Positions 12,284 to 23,859 of a stretch of DNA of 48,649 nucleotides are shown here, piece by piece (the stretch's first letter is position 1; each line of letters starts with the position of its first letter). The DNA lies in the NCBI GenBank assembly GCA_900617105.1, contig UYFQ01000184.1:1-48649 (forward strand), read 5' to 3'. The translations under genes and the position numbers were made by a program. This DNA comes from Hydrurus foetidus. Its lineage: Eukaryota. The notes beneath the pieces were generated by a model, which was not told where the DNA came from, made no database searches, and saw only the letters and a program-made list of their open reading frames with translations.

Positions 12284-12628
12284 TCCTTTAGTTTCTCTTC
12301 TTTAGACCCTATTCTCCTTCTTCTACGCTACCCTGCTGTCCTAACTCTCCCGACTACCCTGCGTGGAGAATCTCGAATTTTATTCGAAATTCTCGTTTAC
12401 GGGCAATTCTTACTGTCGCGAGCAAGTCTCCGAAGTCTGGTCGCCGTAAATTTAGTCACTCGGATTGAGATTTATCTCCCGATACTTGACTATCTTGTGG
12501 TTGCTTGACGATTGTACTTCGCCTAATCGACTGTTTGATTTTCATCCAAACGGCACGAGGCGAAGCCCTTGCAAATTTTTTTGGCGACTCTCGCTACTTA
12601 AAATTGTCAAGCAATAAGTCATTTAGCG

Positions 12629-15600
12629 ATGCCGTTATCCGATGACTCTTCGGAGATATCGCCGTCGCTCGCCGAATTCACTACTCAATTAGTTCCGGCA
12701 GCGACGACAGTTTCAAAAACTCAGTCGACACCAACAGCGCCGACAGCAGTAGCTGCGTCTGATGGAACTGATCGACCGGTATTCCCAGTAACAATACTGG
12801 GACCTACCAACAGTTCCAATCAGGCGCCGCCTAATCGTCATAACGACGACGATGACGACGTTCACACAACGCGACAACAAGACAATGTCACATTGCGTTC
12901 GTCAGACGCAAACCGTCAACAGACACGCCACAACAGCGACCCTGACCGGGATGATGACGACGGCGATACAAACCCTCGCTGCCGTATAGATTTACCCCCG
13001 CAACGATATCTCCGTCGTCAGGGCCTCGACAGTTACGACAATTCAACTCGTCGAAATAATCCCTTCGACGGAGATGCAACGGGCGACTATCCGCCTACTC
13101 CGAATCAACAGAGTGGTAGCGAAGACGGTGGTGACGTTAATCGTTACGATAACCGTCAACGCAACGATTCTAACCAGCGTCAACACAATGACGATAATCG
13201 AAACAACAACGATTATCGGCGTTTTAATGATGACAATCAAAGTCACAACGATAATCGTCGTAACTACGATGACACCAACCCTCCTAGGGACAACTGTAAT
13301 ACGGGCCCTTCATACCTTCATACGGTACAGAGCACCGTAACGACAACCGTCACGATAACGATGAACGTCAATATAACGATGATCGCCGCAACGACAATCA
13401 ACGTCAGAGCGATAATCGTCGTTATAACGACAATTACCGTCAGAATGACGACAGTCATGAGTACGACAACGAGGGACGTCGCGGGTACAACACCCAATTC
13501 AATGACGATAACAGACGTCAATATGACGATCGACGCAACAGCGACAATCGTCGCAACGACGACAACCCACGTCATAATGACGGGCGTCGCGATAACGATA
13601 ATCGTCAACAAGACGACAACCCTAATAGGGATAATCGTAGAGACACCTTCCAACGTCCCAACGATAACCCCCAAAGGGATAATCGTAATTACGAGGATTC
13701 TCGTCGTAATGACAACCCCAACAGGGGGAATTATTCTACGAACACTCGCAATTTCGATAATTTTCGCGACGACAACAACGACAACTTCCGTCAGGGAGAT
13801 AACAACCCCAATAGGAGCAGTCGTCGAGAACCCCCACAGGGTTACGACGACAGTCCCCCCAGGGACAATCACCAAGGGGACAATCGTCGCCAACATGATA
13901 CATCGAACAGGGGCAATCGTAATACTGACAGGCGTCAGTACAACGAAAATCAATATGAGGACGAACGTGCGACTGAGAGTCGTACGACTCCACGTGCGTC
14001 GATACGCGTGACCGACAACTTTAGATTGCTCGAGAGCCGCGCTATGCGCATCCCCGAAGATGTGGGGACAATAACCCGCACAGCGGATGCTCCTCGCAAA
14101 CGCGCATTACCCCCGCAAGAGGGTCCAACGTCACGCAAGCGACAAGCCTCTCCACCAGGGTCACCGGAACGTCCTACGTACGTACGTACGTTTACTGGTG
14201 ACACTGATTATAACCCCCAACCCCAACGAGTCACCCAGGAAATTCTACGGGAAATTCGGGTTCCTACCCCACTCCCCCTGGATCCTCCAGACATCGTGGT
14301 GCTACCCGCAACCGATCGCATCATCGATTACGAGCTGCAAAGAGCAGCGTTCCGAGCTGCAGGGGGCGGTCTCGACCCCAATGCAGCGCAACCGGTACGA
14401 CCGCCGATACCACGGTATATACATGATTGTACGTCACCGATCAACGTACCCGCGGTACAGGTTGCCACACCCAGTGCGACCCCTACAGCGCTTGTTGTGG
14501 GTGGACGTGCTGTGGATGATGGCTGCAAACGGTACTTTACGTTCTCAACGTGAATGCATCCGGCATTATTGGATAGGATGCAGCGCGGGAGATTTATGAG
14601 CACTCCCAGCGCTGGACCAACAACTATGATGTTGGTCAAGTCATCTCGACTAAAGCAGTCAGATGCATTGATGATCAGATCCATACGGATCAAGATTATC
14701 CATACTCCGAGGAGACATGTAAAGCGTGGCTCCAAACCTTGACGGTCCCTCAAGTTGCGCACTTAGTCCTGCGATACTTTCGCGCGGAAACGCAACTCGG
14801 GCAGTCACTGGCGGAGCATTTCTCAGAAGTACATCTCGCCTTCTGTTACAACAAAAGGGAGATTGAGATGCGCTGCATGACGCAGTTTCGTGAGGTGGTT
14901 GAGAATCATGTACAAGTACATGGCACACTCAGCACCTCCGACCATGCCGCACTCACTCTTATTTTAGAGAAAAAGATACCTCTTAACGGTGCCATCACCG
15001 CCAAATACAAAGAGCATAAACGCGTCAACCCGCATGACGTGGACGATTGGTGTGAGTTGCCACGGGTTGGCACGAAGTCGGGAGGACATATCGTGGATGG
15101 CCAAATTAAGATGGAAAGGTTTGGTTAGTAAATTTGATTTAAGAATTAGAAACTGGCACGGAGGCCACAAAGCATAAAGTCATGTTGCACATCATTCCTA
15201 CCTGCCGTACAATGATAAGATCTCAATCGTCATGCGCATGCAATTTGACTGGCTCTCGTAGATTTGCATCTACGTTGTTGTATAGGCGAGATAGTAGCTA
15301 CTCAACTGTAAATATGACGTTTGTACTAAAAGCTAGACTTTTGGTACGAAGTACCGGATAAATACTATACAGCTGTGGTTATTATGGTGTAACAATGGCA
15401 ATATACGTGATACGAATTGGCATTGAGGAAGCGACTTGGTGCACATTGCACACCAATAACAATCTACAAAATGTGTATACTTATGATATCCTATCATGCT
15501 AATTGTTGCTTATACAAATGGTAATATACAGCTATAACTAGCACTTATCGCTGTTATATACCGACAATTGGGAATTCGCGATGCGTCGCTTTTTCTCCCA

Positions 15601-18600
15601 AGTCAATGCGGTACGACAACTCCAGCTACACGTAGCGGCTTTCAGGGACCCCAACGACATTTACTGTTACCCCGCGAGACGAAACCCGTATGGGTTATCT
15701 CTCACGACTAACCCCAAAACACTGTTGGTTGGTGCGGCACTCCCAGCATTACCACCGCTGGCACTGCCAACAACACCATTCCCGCAGCGTAACTCGTGTG
15801 GGCACATGGACCATCTGCTTAAGAGTTGCCCACACATGTGGATGGTGGACTCGAACACCAACCACAATGTCCCGTGGGACCACTCCAACATGGGTCGCAC
15901 GTGGGCACAGTACGGTCATGCGACCTATCCTCTCCACGACCGCATCCCTGGTCTGGGCCGCTTCAAAATTCAGATACCCCGTCGTGAAACAAACTTCACT
16001 GACGAGGTACTGAATAAAGCCCATCCCCCAGGAGGTGGTCATAAGAAAAAATACCAAGGGAACCCCAATCATGGGGGGAACTTTAACCGGAGCGCCACCA
16101 ACAAACCGCGATACGGTTCGGGTGGACAAAACACCACGTTGGCCAACAACACCTCCATCAACGCAGCCAACAGTGGCCTACCACTCCCAGCCCCATACGA
16201 TGGTACGTTAACTCATACCACGGTGGTGGATGCATTGGTAGTGGCGATACATGCGGCTAACACATGTAGCCCTACCGATACACCACCATCGTTATGTATA
16301 CTCGACTCTGATGTACTCATAACTGATGCATTGGAGGTCTCTACCCCTTCCAATACAGTATCGGATAACACTAACAATGTTCTCCCCACATGTCTTCACG
16401 TGTTACAGCCACCCCATACACCCCTACCGCTAATCTCGGAGGTGCTGGCGGCGTGCCATAATCAGACCGACATGTCGGAAATACTGCTCATAGGTACGTT
16501 ACCGTCTGACTCGATTGTAGCAGCGGTACACTCAACAGTTCCTAATGAACTTCTTTCATTATTGATGTTCAAGGATGAACGAAGAACCTTGCAGGGACAC
16601 GCCCCCACCACAGTCGCGTCAGCACCCCAGTCCACGGGACTTAGTCTTACAGCGCACGCGCTCTTAGACACGGGTAGCATGGCCGGCGATTTTGTTTCCA
16701 AATCACTGCTTGTCTCACTCGATGCACTTGCTCATTGTTATGTGTCTTCAACCGCACTTAACGTTTGTAGCGGTCTCGATGGCACTTGCTATAGGTGTAA
16801 TACCCTAGTCGATTTAGGCCTTACTTTTCTCGATGATAGTAATATCAAGCACACTATCTATATCACTTTTAGTGCAAATCCTTTTGCACAATTGGATCTG
16901 ATCATCGGACGCAAGTCCCTGAATCAACACAATTTGTTTTTACTGACACCGACTAACGTATGGGCTTTGACCCTACGTTAGTCGAAACGTCACATAGCCC
17001 GGATGACATCGGTCTACTTCCCTTAAGGGCAGAGTCCGACATCGGTACAGATCCACATACCGACGTCTGTTGTCATCATAGTGACGCTGTCGGATCGCGT
17101 AGTCCTTGTACACAGTGTCGCCTGATTACCGACACTGCTGACAATGGAGACGAAGGTCACTCGAGCACCCACCGTATTCCAACAGTGGGAGAAGAGTGGG
17201 GTCCATCTGCGCTATGGACGGGCAGTGGTCTTAACCGCCCCCCTTCTGAGACCGGGACGAGAGTGAACACAGTAACACTTAACGCCGCGAGCGTTTTGCC
17301 GTGCGGAATCAATCTCAATGGAGATGAGATTGATGATGACAAAACGGATGCGTTCGGTCCGTTTCTTTCTGCATTGATGAAAGACCCTACCCCAACAGGT
17401 AGGGCGAACGATGTCATCTCGACAATCACCTTTGGTGGGTCGGACGCTCTGCAAACAGCATGCAGAGCATTATGTACCGAATTTATTGACATCTTTCAAG
17501 ATGAGGTGGCCCGTGAACCGGCCCGTATACCTCCTTTTGACATTGATCATAAGGCGGCACAATGGGAAGTACCTGGTAACAGGACCCCGCTCCGCCCCCA
17601 ATCCTCACAGAAGGAGGAGGCGATTCACAATAACCTTCAGGATCTGATACGGATCGGGGTGGTTGAGAAGTCTAATGCGGTATACTACAGTCACCCTGTA
17701 GTAGTACAGAAGTCACCCGGACAATACCGTGTATGTATTGACTTCCGGCCACTTAATAACTGTACGGAGTCGGCCAGTTGGCCACTCCCCAACATTCCAG
17801 CAATGTTTGAACGCATTGGCGCTCGTCAACCTGACATCTTTGGAGTTATGGACTTAACGTCCGGCTACCATCAAGCACCCCTTACGGCATCAGCCAAAAT
17901 CCTGACTGCATTCATATGCTTCTCTGGAATTTATCAATTCACTCGATTGCCTTTCGGCCTCAAACGTGCCCCATCATACTTCCAGGAGATGATGGCCACG
18001 GTTGTCCTTGCGGGCCTTTTATATGTAACATGTGAGATGTATCTCGATGATTGCATTGTATTTGGTAATGGACCTGACGAGTTTCTGCAGAGACTTCGTG
18101 ATGTCTTCATCCGTTTTCGAGAAAAGAATTTATTCTTGAAAGCTAAGAAATGTAAGTTCGGAGTTACACGCCTCGAATACGTCGGACGTGTGATCTCCAA
18201 AGAGGGGTTATCTATGTCGGCTGAGAAAATAAAATCTGTTTTAGATTTTCCTCGCCCTAAAACCGTCACTGCCCTTAGGGGATTTCTCGGTTTGGCGAAC
18301 TATTTTAGAGGTTTCGTACCAAACCACTCCAACATAGTGGCACCGTTACATAAAATGACGGTGTCTACAACTCATAAACATTCCAGAGTAACCTGGAATG
18401 CTGAAACCATTAAAGCGTTTCAAGACATTAGGCAGGCAATCTCTCAATGCCCCCTGATGCACTTCATTGATAATGTATCACCAATACATTTATACACCGA
18501 CGCATCTGATTATGGTGTAGGCGGTGTATTGTTCCAAAAGGTTGGAGATGAGATGAAACCCATTTCATTTGTGAGTAAGTCACTCACCTTCTCACAGTTG

Positions 18601-20217
18601 AACTGGTCAACAATCCAGAAAGAAGCTTATGCTATCTACTTGTGTTGTACAAAACTTGATCCACTATTACGTGATCGCAAATTTACGATTCATACAGATC
18701 ATAAAAATCTGACGTACATGAAATCCTCCCCTAACTCGATGGTAGGGAGATGGTCCATGGCTCTACAAGAGCTGGATTACACTATCGCATACGTGCGAGG
18801 GTCTGAGAACACGGTCGCGGACGCTATGTCCCGCCTCTGTCCTAATCTCTCCGACCTTGTCATCAAGGTCCACCCAGCCACCACTGACACAGAACCAGAT
18901 AACTTGCCGGGCCCGTTTTGCGGCGCCCTCAAGATCATATCGCAACGCGACGCACTCAACATGTGCCACAACAAGTTTGTCGGACACGGGGGTATTAAAC
19001 GCACCGTAGAAAAGCTTATAGGCTTACCCATTCAGTGGGAACACATGGTCCAGCACACCCACTTGTTTATACAACAATGCGCGTGCTGCCAGAAGATGAA
19101 CGCTACACGCGTACCGATACGTGTACACAAGTACGTTACTTCTGCGTAGAAACCTTTCCATGTATTGAACATCGATTTCATCGGACCCTTCCCCGATGCC
19201 TCACACGTTCTTGTCATCATCTGTGCTTTCACACGATGGACAGAACTATTTTGGTGTGCTGATAATACGGCCAAATCGGCTACCGACTGCCTTCATCAAC
19301 ACTTTGGAAGATACGGTGCACCCCAAATGATCAGATCTGATCGGGGTTCACATTTTGCTAATGAACTGATCAAACAATTCCTAGTGTCAACGGGTACACC
19401 CCACAACCTGACACTAGCATACCCTAAACAAGAGAATGCAATAGTTGAACGAGTTAATAAAGAAATTAACTGGTACTTACGGTCGTTCCTGTATGATACA
19501 AACGACGTGTACCAGTATAAAAACTGTTTACCGTTTATACAGCGCATTTTGAATTCCTCAATTCACAGCAGTACAAATGCTTCCCCAGCAAGTTTATTGT
19601 TTGGTAACGAAATCAATCTTGATTCTGGAATACTTTCACCATTTCCACAATTACCGGAAGTTGAAACTCCCGCATCCAAAGTGATCTGTGAGATGTATAA
19701 CATCCAAGACACCCTGATTGCCCAAGCACAAACTGCTTTGCGCACAATGGACGCGGCGCACATTGCCACAAGTCCACAAGATATAACAGTTTTTCCTGTA
19801 GGTTCATATGTGTTGGTTAGATACACCACACAACCGCCCACACGCTTACACACGTTGTGGCGGGGACCGTTTCAAGTGGTATCGATCCACAACTCTGATT
19901 ATACGTTGTTAGATATAACTACGAAGAAACATAAACATCTTCATATTAGTAATCTTAAACAATTTGTTTTCAATCCGAAACATACGGATCCTGCTGATGT
20001 AGCACGCCGCGATTATATGGAATTCTTTATTGATTCCATTCTTCAGCACCAAGGCAATTCCAGACGAAAAACCCAAATGCGGTTTTTAGTCAAATGGACT
20101 GACTTTGACGACTCACACAACACGTGGGAGTTGTGGAAGAATCTTCGTCTTACAGACGCTCTTCACACATATTTACGCCTTCACGGCATGTCGAAAATAA
20201 CTCCGACAGAAAAGTAA
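12629..20217 (+). pseudogene. gag-pol of Gypsy A copy 2 with C-terminal chromodomain
   Basis: ALLDTGS, YRVCIDFRPLN, EMYLDD, YTDASDYG, CHNKFVGH...CACCQ, NIDFIGP/RSDRGSHF/VERVN, WRGPF, chromodomain FIDSILQH...FLVKWTDFDDSHNTWE. Disrupted by frameshifts, a solo LTR and a stop at 19147-19149. Confidence 0.95.
15051..15566. mobile_element. Solo LTR (516 bp) of another family inserted in Gypsy A gag, 5-bp TSD ATTGG
   Basis: TG...CA ends. ATTGG at 15046-15050 and 15567-15571. Absent from copy 1, which reads DVDDWEFAMRR uninterrupted. Confidence 0.9.
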
Positions 20218-20524
20218 GTTCCCCAGGAACGACCTACACATTATCTTTTGAAGATTCCTCCTCATTTTTACAGCGTTACGTTGCTTTTCAGGAGGTTTAG
20301 TCAGTAAAAATCTGACATAAATGTGTAGGGGAACACTTAGTTCAAACACATCTAGGCACTCTCGTTTCCCACTTTCCCCATCTCTCAACATGTACAAATA
20401 TCTGTATTTATCGTACGTATTTATTTCTGTATTTTTTTATTTTTTTTATTGTCTTTTTCTGAATTTTTCTTTCTCACGCTTGAGTCGTATTTGTTTTGTT
20501 ACACATTGTAGCTAGAGACTCGCC

Positions 20525-20582
20525 AAGAGAGAGAGAGGGTGAGGGAGAGAGAAATGAGAAAACGAGAGATAAGTAGGGGCAG
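20525..20582 (+). promoter_or_regulatory. Polypurine tract of Gypsy A copy 2
   Basis: Purine run ending GAGATAAGTAGGGGCAG immediately before the 3' LTR. Confidence 0.85.
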
Positions 20583-20789
20583 TGTGGCTCCCTCAGGGTC
20601 TGCTACCTCATTCAGCCGATTAGATGCTGTTTCCACCTTAGTACCTTCGTGTTCACAGCCACGACTATCAGTCACTAGCTAGTTTGTGCTGCTTTGCAGA
20701 AGTTACTAGCGTACCTTCTGTTGCATCCCTACCTAACAAGCTTCTTTTAGCCTTTAGACTTCCCTTCTCTCTAGCCCTCCAAGGTCACA
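20583..20789 (+). repeat. 3' LTR of Gypsy A copy 2
   Basis: Direct repeat of 12061-12272. Confidence 0.96.
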
Positions 20790-21012
20790 TAGCTGCTGAG
20801 CCAAAGATCAGTTACAAGATTTGTTAAGATCTTAATGTCTCACGTATCCCAAAGTTGACGATTCTCGAAGAAAGTTGAGTTGCGCTTCACTGCTACTCTT
20901 GAAACGTGCAAAAATGATCATATTTTGGCTGATATCGGAGAAAATAAAAAAACGTAATATCACAATTGGGCGCAAACAAAGGGCACTCGACGGTATATGG
21001 GCGACGGTAGAC

Positions 21013-21712
21013 TAGGCCTTTGTACACCAGTCGAGAAAAAAGAGCCCTTTTGGTTGGCAATCAAAAAGCCGTTTCAGGCACTTTTGGCAGTTTTGAGTAT
21101 TTTCTGCCAATTTGCCTGACGGCCCAAAAGTGTGACATTTTACAACAGAAGTTCACTCTTCGAGACCTTCCGGCAAAATGTGGCCGTAAAATACCGCTTT
21201 TTACGGTTAAACATGCAGTCAGTTCGGTATAAATCTACCGGATTTACGGTAAAATTCAGCCGGCTACCGGAAACTCCCAGCCAAATTTGAGATTTGACGC
21301 GGGAGATTTTAGATCCATGGTCTATTTCACTTCCGATTGTCCTTTTTAGGACTGTTTTGTACTTCTCCAGATGTTTTATATCAGTTTGCGATCGTTTTAT
21401 CAGTTTGTTATAAAGTTTGACTGTTTTAAGACGTTTTGGCAAATTGGCCGCCCAAAAATCGCCAAAAGGGACTCCCCTCACACTGAGGATATACGGAAAA
21501 TATCGACACGGAAACTGACGCAAAAGTGACCGAAAAGTGTGAAAACCGAGAACTTCAGTTCCTGAATTGTTACTTTTCACTTTCCGTGGCAGCTGGCCAC
21601 GGGCTAGTGGAAGAGGAAAGTTCACTTTTCCGTCGAAAGTTCACTTTTCCGTCATGTCGACATTTTCCGTATATCCTCAATGTCAGGCAGGTGACTGCTG
21701 TACAAAGGCCTA
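21013..21712. mobile_element. hAT-type MITE (700 bp), 8-bp TSD CGGTAGAC
   Basis: TIRs TAGGCCTTTGTACACCAGTC and GACTGCTGTACAAAGGCCTA. CGGTAGAC at 21005-21012 and 21713-21720. Internal 25-bp inverted repeat at 21484-21508 and 21655-21679. Confidence 0.9.
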
Positions 21713-21720
21713 CGGTAGAC

Positions 21721-21894
21721 CGTTTCTTACGCACCGAAAACTAAAACCAAAAACCCACGAGCTTTCATTTTCGGGGAGTTTCGGAATGAGAAAACTGTGA
21801 AAACAGGCCTGTTTTCACAGTTTTCTCATTCCGAAACTCCCCGAAAATGAAAGCTCGTGGGTTTTTGGTTTTAGTTTTCGGTGCGTAAGAAACG
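21721..21894. repeat. Perfect spacerless 174-bp palindrome
   Basis: Two 87-bp arms centred on AGG|CCT at 21807/21808. Confidence 0.95.
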
Positions 21895-21897
21895 TCA

Positions 21898-23210
21898 GGC
21901 CGTTACTTATAGCATCCACAATCTTGCATCCAAAATCGGCAATTTTGGGTTGAAATTTGTTCATTTTTTTGGATTCTTAATTCTGAATGGTGTCTCTTAT
22001 AGCATCCAGAATCAATCTCCCAAAATCGGTCATTATGGATGTTGTGCCTTACAGTATGAGCCAGAATCTTATCTAAAAACTTAGAATCGATTCAACTGAT
22101 TTCAAATTTCAAATATTTTATGGTTGTCAATAGTAACATGGTTGTCCTATTCTGGTCTTTCAACACAATTTGAACCACATATCATCATCATGGAGCTCCA
22201 ATGTCCTATTTCCCAGTGGATAGGGCCTTGAAATGGCTCTTGGAGGAGGTCATTTGCTCTCGGGGTGTCATGACACTGTTTGATGACTGAGATTCAGAAA
22301 TGACTGTAATTTGTGCCTCAGAAACCTCGTCTAGTGCTTGAACTAATATATTTAGAGAAGGTTATACTTAGGTTGACTCAGATTCGAAGGAATCAAGTGC
22401 TAAAAATGACTCACCAAAATTCTCAAATTCGTCACTGTCGTGATGGTTAGCATTTCGATTACTATCAGTAGGTTTGACACTAAGGGTAGTTGCAGCCACT
22501 ATCGGAGTTGAGATATTATTAGCTTGAGATGGTTTAGAAGCATTGGATGATTGTTCGCGCTGTGCTTTGTTGGCGGCTAGTCTCTTTCTCAGTAGATCCC
22601 CCTCATGTAGTAAGAACTCTTTGTAGTAATCGTCCACTAAGCTTTTTTCCTCCTCAGATGTAGCGTTGGATTGAAGGAGCTGAATGATTCTCAAATTGTG
22701 GGAGCTGCTTGCGATTTGTAGCTCTTGATCTACTTGGAGAAGTCGGTGGGACATCATGGTATTACTGTCGGCGGAAATTTTGGTAACTGCCGTAGCTACT
22801 GATTCGACGTCTCGTTGATGAGATCTACCCGCTGGTTTCTTGGACACCCGCTTCCCTTTTTCGTCGGTAAAAAAATGCTCCGAATCAGTAGGACCTTCGC
22901 TAGTAGGCAGGTAAAGTTCCTTCACTGATGTAGCTGTGTTCGTCGGCATCTTCCTCGTCCTCATTTTCCGTAGCTCGATGTAGACGTAGCTCGACTCTTA
23001 CGGGCGTTGAATGCATGACTATAAATTCTGGCATGACGTCTACCATGCCGGAATATTGGTCCAATTTGTGGATGATTTTTCGCATCCATTTCTTCAAATT
23101 CAAAAAAAATTGTGGATGCAAAATTTAGGGTCAGTAAGGAATGCATTCCCGTAAAACCCGCCCAAAATTACCGATTTTAGACGGGATTATGGATGCTGTA
23201 AGTAACGGCC
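21898..23210 (-). mobile_element. Non-autonomous PIF/Harbinger-like element
   Basis: Imperfect TIRs of about 50 bp starting GGCCGTTACTTA(T/C)AGCATCCA. Flanks TCA and TTA (imperfect TSD). No transposase. Confidence 0.75.
22368..22964 (-). pseudogene. Probable remnant of the Harbinger accessory (DNA-binding) ORF
   Basis: 198-aa ORF inside the TIRs with a basic KRVSKKPAGR patch followed by a helical region. Upstream part frameshifted. Assignment is by context. Confidence 0.45.
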
Positions 23211-23226
23211 TTACGTACGGTCACAC

Positions 23227-23647
23227 TGTTCCGAAAACGGTGAAAACACTTTCGTTTCTCGCTGGTGACTGATGCAGTCAACCTCAGTAGCGAGAGATTG
23301 TGTTTGATTTGATCCTTGTCTTTGTAATATTTAACTTGAGCCTCCTTTAATACCAGCCTCTGACAGTATAGGCGCGCTTTCCTATACTCTCTGGAGACTG
23401 TGCAAAAGGAGTGGTCGGCAACGATGTCTAATTACGTGACAAAGAAATATAACAGTTGCAGTGAAAAGCACTAACTATTTCTTCGGACGAAACCGCGTAT
23501 TCGCTATGTCAATACTGAATCGTGAAGATACACTCAAGTTGTAGTTTCGTACGCTAAAACTATAGATCGTTGAGCTCATCACTTCAACCGGTATCACTAT
23601 AGTGTTATACGGTATTTGCATACATGTGAATCTGTCATTCCCAAACA
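23227..23647 (-). repeat. 3' LTR of Copia
   Basis: TG...CA. Short PPT AGGGGTA precedes it on the minus strand. Confidence 0.97.
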
Positions 23648-23859
23648 TACCCCTTGATGAGGTCATACAGTTCTCATAGTGACGTTTCAGAATTGAAGAA
23701 CGTTCTTCCGTTAATTCAAAACTGAAAACTCTGCCGTTTCAGAATTTCATGGCATGAAAAATGAAAAGTGTTGACGCAGAATGTCGAAGTCGAATCGCGA
23801 ACATCTCTCGAACTCTGCAGAACATTTCTCGAACATCATCTATCTCTCCTGTGATTAGA

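Larger units (their letters stand above)
12061..20789 (+). mobile_element. Ty3/Gypsy chromovirus family A, copy 2, full length, degenerate, 4-bp TSD TAGC
   Basis: LTRs 12061-12272 and 20583-20789 differ by 2 substitutions and a 5-bp indel. TAGC at 12057-12060 and 20790-20793. PPT before 20583. Confidence 0.97.
11899..20993. mobile_element. Tc1/mariner/pogo-type MITE (about 360 bp) interrupted by Gypsy A copy 2
   Basis: Imperfect TIRs of about 39 bp: CCGTCGAGTGCTCTTTGTTTGCGC... and ...GCGCAAACAAAGGGCACTCGACGG. TA at 11897-11898 and 20994-20995. Confidence 0.85.
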
